Source: Planctomycetota bacterium
GTDB lineage: Bacteria; Planctomycetota; Planctomycetia; Pirellulales; Lacipirellulaceae
Assembly (NCBI GenBank): GCA_039190745.1
Contig: JBCCXZ010000064.1
Location: forward strand, 1 to 19,245
Direction: 5' to 3'
DNA length: 19,245 nucleotides
Shown: in pieces, positions 1-7,092 of the stretch
How positions within the stretch are numbered: the first letter of the stretch is position 1
Layout of the letters: each line of letters begins with the position of its first letter
The notes under the pieces: generated by a model
Databases searched by the model: none
What the model saw: the letters and a program-made list of their open reading frames with translations, nothing else
Told to the model about the DNA's origin: nothing
Position numbers and translations under genes: made by a program

Positions 1-1
1 C

Positions 2-661
2 GGCGGCCCGACCGGCGCGGGGAACACAACACTCAACAACGCCGCCCTCGGGGGGGTGCCGCTGGCCCGCGGCCGGGTGCACATCCACGGCAAGCCGTAC
101 CGCGAACAGCGGCGGAGCGTGGGTTACGTCCCGCAGCGGGAGTCGGTGGACTGGGACTTCCCCGTATCCGTGCTGGACGTGGTGTTGATGGGCACCTACG
201 GCCGGCTCGGCTGGTTCCGCAGGCCGGGGCGAGTCGAGCACGAGATCGCTCGGCGGTGTCTGGAGGAAGTCGAGATGCTGCCCATGGCCGGCCGGCAGAT
301 CCGGCAGCTTTCGGGCGGGCAGCAGCAGCGGGTCTTCCTCGCGCGTGCGTTGGCTCAGGACGCGATGCTGTACATGCTCGACGAGCCGTTCGCCGGCGTC
401 GACGCGACCACTGAGGCCGCGATCGTTCGACTGCTCCAGACCCTGCGTAGCTCGGGCAAGACCGTGTTGGTGGTGCACCACGACCTGCAGACGGTGCGGC
501 AGTATTTCGATTACGTGATCCTCCTGAATATGCGGCTCGTGGCCTGCGGGCCGGTGGAAACGACTTTCACCGAAGAGAACCTGCAGAACACCTACGGCGG
601 ACGGCTGACGATCCTCGACCGGGCCGCCGAAGCGATGCGCACCCGCGAGGTCGAGCGATGA
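2..661 (+). CDS. Mn/Fe/Zn ABC transporter ATP-binding subunit (TroB/MntB-like), 5'-truncated by the window edge
   Basis: Q-loop region [25 protein letters not shown], signature [15 protein letters not shown], Walker [13 protein letters not shown]-loop VVHHDL. The frame is open from nt 2 and reads GPTGAGNTT where Walker A is expected. Stop overlaps the next start (ATGA, 658-661). Confidence 0.93.
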   Translation, partial: GGPTGAGNTTLNNAALGGVPLARGRVHIHGKPYREQRRSVGYVPQRESVDWDFPVSVLDVVLMGTYGRLGWFRRPGRVEHEIARRCLEEVEMLPMAGRQIRQLSGGQQQRVFLARALAQDAMLYMLDEPFAGVDATTEAAIVRLLQTLRSSGKTVLVVHHDLQTVRQYFDYVILLNMRLVACGPVETTFTEENLQNTYGGRLTILDRAAEAMRTREVER

Positions 662-1992
662 CCGGCTTGTCGATCACCCAGAAAGTGGTTCTCGGCACGG
701 CGCTTCTCGGCGGGACCGCGGGCGTGGTGGGCAGCTTCGCGGTCTTGCGCCGTCGGTCGCTGGTGGGGGATATGCTCGCCCACGCGGCGTTGCCGGGGGT
801 TTGTCTGGTGTTCCTGATGTTCGGTTCACGGAACCTGTTGCACCTAGCGGCTGGGGCGTTGGTGAGCGGCTTGTTGGCGGTGGGTGTGGTGAGCTTCGTC
901 ACCCGTTGGACCCGGACGAAGGAGGACGCGGCGATCGGCATTGCGTTGAGCACGTTCTTTGGTCTGGGTGTGGTGTTGTTGGCCGAGATTCAGAAGGCCG
1001 GTGTCGGCGGGAACAAGTCGGGGCTGGATACCTACCTGTTCGGCGAACCGGCCAACATGCTGACCAGCGACTTGTATCTGCTGGCCGTGGTTGCCGCCGT
1101 GGCGCTGCTCTTGATTGCTTTGTTCTACAAGGAATTCAAAGTCGTCTGTTTCGATGCCGACTTCGCGGGCTCGCAGGGCTGGCCGGCTTTGACGCTCGAC
1201 CTGGCAATGATGGCCATCGTCGCGGTGGTCGCGGTGGTGGGCCTACCGATCGTGGGCGTGATCCTGATGGCGGCGATGCTGATCCTGCCCGCGGTGACAG
1301 CCCGGTTCTGGACCGACCGGCTGAGCGTGATGCTGCTGCTCGCGGGTGTGTTGGGCGTTGCCTCCTCGGTGATCGGGGCCACCGTCGGCCGGGGGTTGCC
1401 GACGGGGGCGAAGATTGTGCTGGTCGCCGCGGCGGCGTTTGGGGTTTCGGTGTTCTTTGCCCCGAAGCGGGGGATCGTGGCCCGCGTGTGGACGGAGCTG
1501 CGGCTGCGGGCCAGGATTGCACGCGAGCACTTGTTGCGTTCGTTGTTCGAAGCGAGCGAGGCGACGCTGCCCGCGGCGGCTGTGGTTCATCCGGGGGAGC
1601 TGACGGGCCTGAGCCGGTGGGAGTCTTGGTTTTTTGATCGGGTCGTGGGCCGGGCGGTCGACAAGGGGCTGGTGGAACAGACCCAGGGCGGGTTGAGGCT
1701 GACGCCGCTAGGGCTCCGCAAGGGGGCCGAGGTGACGCGGGCCCATCGGCTGTGGGAGTTGTTCCTGGTGGAGCACGCCGGGATCGCGGCCGACCATGTG
1801 CACCGCGACGCCGACGACCTGGAGCACCTGTTGCCGGAGGCGCTGCTGATCGAGCTGGAGCAGAAGCTGGCGGCCAACGGTTCGCTGCCGGGGGCGGCGC
1901 CGGCGGTGCCGGACTCGCCGCACTCGGCGGAGGAGACGCTGCCAGCCCACGATCGGAAGGCCGGCCACGATCGGGGTGGAGGTTCTCCGTGA
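658..1992 (+). CDS. Metal ABC transporter permease (ABC-3 family) fused to a C-terminal DtxR/MntR-like domain
   Basis: [23 protein letters not shown] and YLFG motifs with multiple TM helices. C-terminal [10 protein letters not shown]...GLV...LRLTPLG...HRLWELFL...[11 protein letters not shown] (from ~1522) matches the DtxR fold. Confidence 0.92.
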   Translation: MTGLSITQKVVLGTALLGGTAGVVGSFAVLRRRSLVGDMLAHAALPGVCLVFLMFGSRNLLHLAAGALVSGLLAVGVVSFVTRWTRTKEDAAIGIALSTFFGLGVVLLAEIQKAGVGGNKSGLDTYLFGEPANMLTSDLYLLAVVAAVALLLIALFYKEFKVVCFDADFAGSQGWPALTLDLAMMAIVAVVAVVGLPIVGVILMAAMLILPAVTARFWTDRLSVMLLLAGVLGVASSVIGATVGRGLPTGAKIVLVAAAAFGVSVFFAPKRGIVARVWTELRLRARIAREHLLRSLFEASEATLPAAAVVHPGELTGLSRWESWFFDRVVGRAVDKGLVEQTQGGLRLTPLGLRKGAEVTRAHRLWELFLVEHAGIAADHVHRDADDLEHLLPEALLIELEQKLAANGSLPGAAPAVPDSPHSAEETLPAHDRKAGHDRGGGSP

Positions 1993-3281
1993 TCGACCCG
2001 CTGATGGATCTGCTGCAGTGGCCGCTCCAGCCGGGGGCTTGGACGGTGCTGACCGGGATCACGACCAACGCGGCGTGCGCCTTGGTAGGCTGCTTCCTGG
2101 TGTTGCGGCGGATGAGCATGATGGGCGACGCCTTGTCGCACGCGGTGCTGCCGGGGTTGGTGGTGGCGTTCTTGTTTTCCGGCAGCACAGGGTTGTGGCC
2201 GATGTTTCTGGGCGCAGCGGGCGTCGGGATCGTTACCACGCTGCTGACGCAGACGCTGCACCAGCAGGGTCGGGTGCCGAGCGACGCGAGCATGGGGGTG
2301 GTGTACACGTCGCTGTTTGCGTTGGGCGTGGTGCTGGTGAAGCTGTACGTCGCGGACATCCATTTTGACGTGGCGTGCGTGTACGAGGGCTCGCTGGACC
2401 TGACGCCGCTGGCGGAGCGGATCGCGGGCGTGCCGCGGCCGCTGCTGACGACAGGCGTGGTGCTCGTTGTGAATGCGGTGGTCATCGCTTTGTTCTGGAA
2501 GGAGCTGCGGCTGAGTTCGTTCGACCCGGGGCTGTCGACGACGATGGGCTTCCCGGCGACGCTGCTGCACTATCTGCTTATGGTGTTGGTGGCGCTGACG
2601 GTGGTGGCTTCGTTCGAGGCGGTGGGTTCGATCTTGGTCGTGGCGATGCTGATCGTGCCGGCGGCGACGGCCCATCTGCTGGCCGATCGGCTGGCGCCGA
2701 TGATGCTTATTGCAGTTGCGATCGCGGCGGTCTCGGCGGTGCTGGGCTGGTGGTTCGCGGTGCTGCGGGAGTCGAACACGGCGGGCATGACGGCCGTGGT
2801 GGTGGGCGGGTTCTACTTCGCTGCGGCCTTGCTCGCCCCGCGGCACGGGGTGCTGAGCGCGGTGGTGCGGAACGCCCGGCGTTCGCTGCGGATCGTGCGG
2901 GAAGACCTGCTGGCGATGCTGTACCGGGTGGAGGAGGCCGCGGGCGGGCGGCGTCTGCAGCCGGCGGAGGCCCGGGCGGCGGCGGGCGGCGGCTGGGCGC
3001 CTTGGTGGGAGCTGAAGCGGTTGGTCTCAAACGGTCTCGTGAGCGCCGGTCCTGGCGAGGTGGGGCTCACCGAGCGGGGCCGGTCGGCGGCGGCGAAGCT
3101 GGTCCGGACCCATCGGCTGTGGGAGGCCTATCTCGTTGAGCACCTCAAGCTGCCGCTGGACCACGTGCACGAGCCGGCGCACCGGGTAGAGCACTTTATC
3201 GACGAGACGCTGCTGGAGTCGATCGAGGGGGAACTCGGCGGCTCGGAGGTCGACCCGCACGGGCGGGAGATTCCAGAGTAG
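1989..3281 (+). CDS. Second metal ABC transporter permease fused to a C-terminal DtxR/MntR-like domain
   Basis: Start reassigned to GTG 1989 (GTGA overlap with upstream stop; ATG 2004 is an alternative). GCFLVLRRMSMMGDALSHAVLPG and VASFEAVGSILVVAMLIVP motifs. C-terminal REDLLAMLY...LTERG...HRLWEAYL...HVHEPAHRVEH...DPHGREIP (from ~2898). Confidence 0.92.
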   Translation: MIDPLMDLLQWPLQPGAWTVLTGITTNAACALVGCFLVLRRMSMMGDALSHAVLPGLVVAFLFSGSTGLWPMFLGAAGVGIVTTLLTQTLHQQGRVPSDASMGVVYTSLFALGVVLVKLYVADIHFDVACVYEGSLDLTPLAERIAGVPRPLLTTGVVLVVNAVVIALFWKELRLSSFDPGLSTTMGFPATLLHYLLMVLVALTVVASFEAVGSILVVAMLIVPAATAHLLADRLAPMMLIAVAIAAVSAVLGWWFAVLRESNTAGMTAVVVGGFYFAAALLAPRHGVLSAVVRNARRSLRIVREDLLAMLYRVEEAAGGRRLQPAEARAAAGGGWAPWWELKRLVSNGLVSAGPGEVGLTERGRSAAAKLVRTHRLWEAYLVEHLKLPLDHVHEPAHRVEHFIDETLLESIEGELGGSEVDPHGREIPE

Positions 3282-3308
3282 TCCGTTGTCAGTGGTCCGT
3301 TGTCCGTT
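3281..3308. repeat. Tandem heptamer repeat, 4 units
   Basis: GTCCGTT GTCAGTG GTCCGTT GTCCGTT, starting at the last base of the permease stop codon. Confidence 0.85.
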
Positions 3309-3629
3309 GCGGTAGGGCTGGGGCTGGGTCTTTTTTTGTCGCTGATTGGCGGTTTACGGGGTTGGGTGACGGAAGTCTCTTTCTTTTGTCGGGGTCTCTC
3401 GGCGGCGCCCCAGCGACGCGTAGCGTCGCGGCTATTGCGGGGCTGACAGAAGGGCGCGGGGTTTTGTGCTGAGGCCCTCTGCAGAAGTCGGTTGGTTTTG
3501 ACCGTCTTGCGGTTCGTTTCGTGCTGGATTGCTCGGGTTGGGGGGTGTTCAGGCCGAGACAGTAGTCGACGGGGTTTTGCGAGCGGTGTCGCTCGTCTCA
3601 CGGGACAGTATTCTTCGAGATTCGTTCAT

Positions 3630-3702
3630 TGTGGGAGGCCTCTCTGAGGCCGATTACGGATTGCGATCTGGGCCGTAATCGGGCTCGGAGAGCCCTCCCA
3701 CA
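3630..3702. repeat. REPIN-like inverted doublet, family A
   Basis: Left arm TGTGGGAGGCCTCTCTGAGGCCGATTACGG (3630-3659); right arm 3673-3702 reads TGTGGGAGGGCTCTCCGAGCCCGATTACGG on the minus strand (27/30 identical); 13-nt spacer. Each arm has its own 6-bp hairpin. Confidence 0.88.
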
Positions 3703-3740
3703 GAAGAAAGGGGTGAACCCACAGAAAGGGTTGGGGCGAG

Positions 3741-3752
3741 TTGTCAAAGAAC
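3741..3752 (-). promoter_or_regulatory. boxA-like antitermination motif (candidate)
   Basis: Minus strand reads GTTCTTTGACAA, resembling rrn boxA (GCTCTTTAACAA / GTTCTTTGAAAA), about 20 nt downstream of a candidate -10. Confidence 0.4.
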
Positions 3753-3771
3753 GTTCGCTAATATAAACGCC

Positions 3772-3800
3772 TGTATACTCCATGGGGTGGCCACTCGCAA
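3772..3800 (-). promoter_or_regulatory. Candidate sigma70 promoter
   Basis: TTGCGA-N17-TATACA on the minus strand in an AT-rich patch; the -10 lacks the conserved final T. Confidence 0.3.
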
Positions 3801-3824
3801 GTTTTCGCTTCCGCCTGAGCGCAT

Positions 3825-3858
3825 AGAAAAGGCGAGGCGCCGCTGGGGGCCTCGCCTT
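3825..3858 (-). terminator. Intrinsic terminator of the 3884-4633 gene
   Basis: Minus strand AAGGCGAGGC-ccccagcggc-GCCTCGCCTT followed by TTCT, about 25 nt after the stop. Confidence 0.7.
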
Positions 3859-3883
3859 GTTGGATTGGTGTTGGCTTTGTTGG

Positions 3884-4633
3884 CTACTCGTCGCCGAAGC
3901 TGAGGCCTTCTTCGCCGGAGATGAAGTTGCCGGGGTCGCCGGGGGCGAGGTCGCCGGGGAGGGTGGCGGCCGCGCCGAGCTGGCGGATGTACTTCGGCGG
4001 GCTGGCCGGGTCGAACACCGGGTCGAACGGGTCGAACCGTGGCGGGCCGAAGGCCGGGTTGACCTGGTGGTTCGAGAACGGCAGCGACGCGACGCGGGTC
4101 GGCTCGCTGGGCTGGTAGGGCTCGGAGAGCAGGAACGCCTGGCTGCGCTGAAGGGCGGCGTTGACCGCGGCCCGGCGGGCGGTTTGGTTGCGGAGGATAG
4201 AGCGTTCGACGCGTTGGCGCCGTGCCCGGTCGCTGGCGTCGCGGGCCCGGGTGGCGGTGGCCTGCCGGGCCTGGAACCGCTTGAGCCAGTCCTTCATGTC
4301 TTCGTAGGAAAGCTGCGAGACTCGGTCGAGGAACCGCTCGGCCTCGGCCTCGGTGGTTTGGGCGGAGATCTTGCTGAAGCGGAGCACGGCGTCGCGGGCG
4401 GCGAGCATGTCGGCGCTCTCCCAGAGGAGTCGCTTCTCGTCGGCGAAGGTCTCTTGGCTGGTGGCATCGGCGGGGAGCTTTTCGGCGAGCGTGGCTTCGC
4501 CGGTGGGGCGGAGCGCGGGGGCCTTGAGCGGCGGCACGGGGGAGTGCGCGACCTGATCGGGCGACCGTGCGTCGGCGACGCCGGAGGCGAGGATAGCGGA
4601 GAGCAGCGAGAGCGACAGGAGGGAGCGTGTCAT
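3884..4633 (-). CDS. Secreted hypothetical protein
   Basis: Sec-type signal peptide MTRSLLSLSLLSAILASGVADA, helical charged core, Pro-rich C-terminus with FDPFDPVFDP; GC3-rich codon pattern; followed by a terminator. Confidence 0.8.
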   Translation of the reverse strand: MTRSLLSLSLLSAILASGVADARSPDQVAHSPVPPLKAPALRPTGEATLAEKLPADATSQETFADEKRLLWESADMLAARDAVLRFSKISAQTTEAEAERFLDRVSQLSYEDMKDWLKRFQARQATATRARDASDRARRQRVERSILRNQTARRAAVNAALQRSQAFLLSEPYQPSEPTRVASLPFSNHQVNPAFGPPRFDPFDPVFDPASPPKYIRQLGAAATLPGDLAPGDPGNFISGEEGLSFGDE

Positions 4634-4640
4634 GGGAGGG

Positions 4641-4649
4641 ATCCTAGCA
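4641..4649 (-). promoter_or_regulatory. Extended -10 element, leaderless geometry (candidate)
   Basis: Minus strand TGCTAGGAT-ccctccc-ATG: TGnTAnnnT 7 nt before the start codon, no Shine-Dalgarno. Confidence 0.5.
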
Positions 4650-4693
4650 TCGATCGCCGGCGGGCCGTGAGACGATCACGCGAACGCCGGGAC

Positions 4694-4727
4694 AAATGGG
4701 TCTTGAAACCAACTGGGTCTTGAAACC
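4694..4727. repeat. 17-bp tandem direct repeat x2
   Basis: AAATGGGTCTTGAAACC AACTGGGTCTTGAAACC (16/17 identical). Confidence 0.9.
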
Positions 4728-5017
4728 ACGCTAAGGACGCGGGCTCCTTCCCTTGGGAGGCTTACCCCCCGGGCCTACCCCAACCCATCGGCTCCGAGCT
4801 GGTCCAAGGTCGAAGCCGACGAGCTGGGGTGTTGCCATCCTCATATCTGTACGCGGCAACGGGTCTGTTGGGGGCAGATCTTTTTGCCCGGTTTGTCCTT
4901 GCATTGGAGGTGACGAGGCCCCTCTTGGTTCCTTACGTCCGGTTTTGGGGAGTGCGTAAAGGTTTGTGGGAGCGGGGGTTGGTGCGATTGCGGATTGGGG
5001 GGAGTGCATTCCGATTT

Positions 5018-5118
5018 GGCGCCATGCCCACGCTTGCGTGGGCATGTTGGCCCGCATGCTGGCCCGGGGGAAAAGGTTTGCGGCATTCCCATGCCCACGC
5101 GAGCGTGGGCTTGGCGCC
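5018..5118. repeat. REPIN-like inverted doublet, family B, copy 1
   Basis: Arms GGCGCCATGCCCACGCTTGCGTGGGCATG (5018-5046) and CATGCCCACGCGAGCGTGGGCTTGGCGCC (5090-5118); each arm is itself palindromic; homologous to 12341-12428. Confidence 0.9.
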
Positions 5119-5268
5119 GCGCGTGCCGCTGCCGAGAGATTGGTGCGGTTGCGATCAGCGATTGGCCGAGGGGCCGGAGTGGTCTCCGGGTGAGCTCGTC
5201 CTCGGCGGAATGCCGATGGCGGCGACGCGCTTTGCTCGGGCGTGTAAAGCTAGATCCCGGTCGCGGGC

Positions 5269-6627
5269 CTACTCAGCCCACCAGCCGCTCGCCGAGGTCA
5301 GCCCAGCCGGGCGGCTCTCGGCCACCGTCGAGCTCACCTCGGTGCTGTCGGCCACCACCCACGGCAGCACCTGCACTCCGCCCGAGGCGCTCACCAGCGT
5401 GTTGCGGCCCTGACGGACGAAGTTCGCCGTCGTCGCCACGGTCCGCGGCGCCGGGTAGGCCGCCGTCTCGACGCCGACCAGCGTGCTCAGCTCAAGGCCG
5501 GCCAGCTCGATCAGCTGCTCCTTCTCAAGCAAGGCGGCCACTACTGCTAGGTCGACCACGTTCCGCAGCTGGCCGAACGCCGAGTCGTGCGCGGCCAGGT
5601 CGTCGAAACGCTCGGTGAACGTGTCGGCCCAACGCTTCGCCAGCGGCCCAGCGGCGACGCTGCGCTCACGCTGGCCCTGGGCGTTGAAGTGGTCGGTCTC
5701 GGTGAGGCACTTGATGCCCTGGCCGCGGAGCTCCCACGAGAGGCCGTCCGCGTCGCGAGCCAGCGGCTCGTAGCTCGGCGCCAGCCACCAGCGGGGCGTC
5801 GCGCTCTCGGCCCCGCCGCGTTTGGAACTTAGCATTTCCATGTAGCTCGGCATCCCCGCGAACGGCGCGGGCTCGAAGCCCATCGCCAGCCGCTTCATCC
5901 GGAAGTCCGCAGCCACCAGCGTGCGGGCGAACCGCGTGCCCTGGTCGACGCCGGTCACGGTGATCGTCTGCGGTCCGACCGCTTCCTCGATCATGCGGAG
6001 CTGGCGGTCGCGGTTGTTTACCCGGCCCAGGTCGCGGGAGATTGACTGGTACCGACGCATCCCCTCGGCCGTGGGGTCGATCGAGCAGGAGATCGGCTGC
6101 ATCCGCGAGTCGCTCCGCGTCTGCAGCGCGACGACGAGGTCTTCCAATCGTACGACGGGCAGCCCGGTGGTCAGGCCGACGACCTCGCCGTACTCGTTCA
6201 GCCGCCAACCCTCGGCGGGGCCGGCCAGGACGATGTCTTGCTGCTCGGGGTACACGAACACGTACTGCACCCGCTGCAAGCCTGCGAGGAACCGCACCGA
6301 GTCCGGCAGCTCGACGCCGCGGGCCTGGTGGTCGGCGATCGCGGCCTGCAGCTTCTTCAGCGAGACCGCACGCAGCTCGGTGAAGGCTTCCAAGTCGGCC
6401 GGCACATCGGCCTCGACCCGGGCCCGCACGCGGTCTAGCTCGCGCTGCTGCTCGACGCTGGGGGCCTCGACCACGCCGTCGGCGTCGACCGAAACGCCGC
6501 CCACGGCGCCGCCGCCGAAGAACGCGCCGCCTACTTGTGCAACAGCCGGGGCCGCCGAAAGCGAAACCGCCGCCGCGCAAACCAACAGGCCGCCGAGCAC
6601 GCGTTGAAACTGGACAGGCAAACTCAT
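5269..6627 (-). CDS. DUF1598-like exported protein
   Basis: Start reassigned to ATG 6627 (MSLPVQFQRV followed by a signal peptide ending AVA-Q). Motifs GGVSVDADGVV, LAGLQRVQYVFVYPE, LEDLVVAL, CSIDPT, ADFRMK and PRWW recalled as typical of planctomycete DUF1598 proteins. Confidence 0.8.
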   Translation of the reverse strand: MSLPVQFQRVLGGLLVCAAAVSLSAAPAVAQVGGAFFGGGAVGGVSVDADGVVEAPSVEQQRELDRVRARVEADVPADLEAFTELRAVSLKKLQAAIADHQARGVELPDSVRFLAGLQRVQYVFVYPEQQDIVLAGPAEGWRLNEYGEVVGLTTGLPVVRLEDLVVALQTRSDSRMQPISCSIDPTAEGMRRYQSISRDLGRVNNRDRQLRMIEEAVGPQTITVTGVDQGTRFARTLVAADFRMKRLAMGFEPAPFAGMPSYMEMLSSKRGGAESATPRWWLAPSYEPLARDADGLSWELRGQGIKCLTETDHFNAQGQRERSVAAGPLAKRWADTFTERFDDLAAHDSAFGQLRNVVDLAVVAALLEKEQLIELAGLELSTLVGVETAAYPAPRTVATTANFVRQGRNTLVSASGGVQVLPWVVADSTEVSSTVAESRPAGLTSASGWWAE

Positions 6628-7092
6628 CGATTCCGACCCCTTCTGTGCCGCCGACCGCTGAACGCCCTTCCCGATCGGGGCGTGTCGGCCGGCAATCTCT
6701 GTGCGTGGTCGCTCCGCGGGCGATAGCCTCCGGGCGGCGCAGACCTGCCGCCGCACCCAGAAACTCAGCCCCGCGGGGCTAACCTCAGCCTAGTTACCTA
6801 AACCGAGACAATCAACATATTTACAGGCCGCGACCGAGGGCGCGTTCCTAACGTTTATAGGGGTCCGAACCGCGATCCTAGGGCCCGCCTGCCTGGGCCG
6901 GGGCAACCGCCCACAATCTACGCCCGCCGCGTGACGCTAACCCCTTGGGCTGCCTATCCTTGAATAAGGGACCGCCCCCCGAATAAGTTGGTAGAGCAAT
7001 CGCGTCGCCGCTCCCGGACCGACGCCAACCTCAGGGGCGTCCACACCCCGCCGAGCCAGCGGCGGGCGACACGATCCGCAACCCGGAACTCC

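Noticed and set aside
1752..1988. N-terminal extension of the second permease in the ORF track
   Set aside because: It overlaps the first permease's DtxR-like domain out of frame; the GTGA coupling at 1989 is the better start.
3128..3783. Minus-strand ORFs 3128-3601 and 3598-3783
   Set aside because: They run through the REPIN and heptamer repeats, one overlaps the permease antisense, and neither has a recognisable domain or typical codon pattern.
4979..5153. TTGGTGCGATTGCG / TTGGTGCGGTTGCG on either side of family B copy 1 as a target-site duplication
   Set aside because: They are not adjacent to the element ends (20-25 nt away) and have no counterpart at copy 2.
6692..6706. Sigma54-like site ACGCACAGAGATTGC upstream of the DUF1598-like gene (minus strand)
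   Set aside because: It matches GCAC-N5-TTGC, but the near-invariant GG at -24 is CG.
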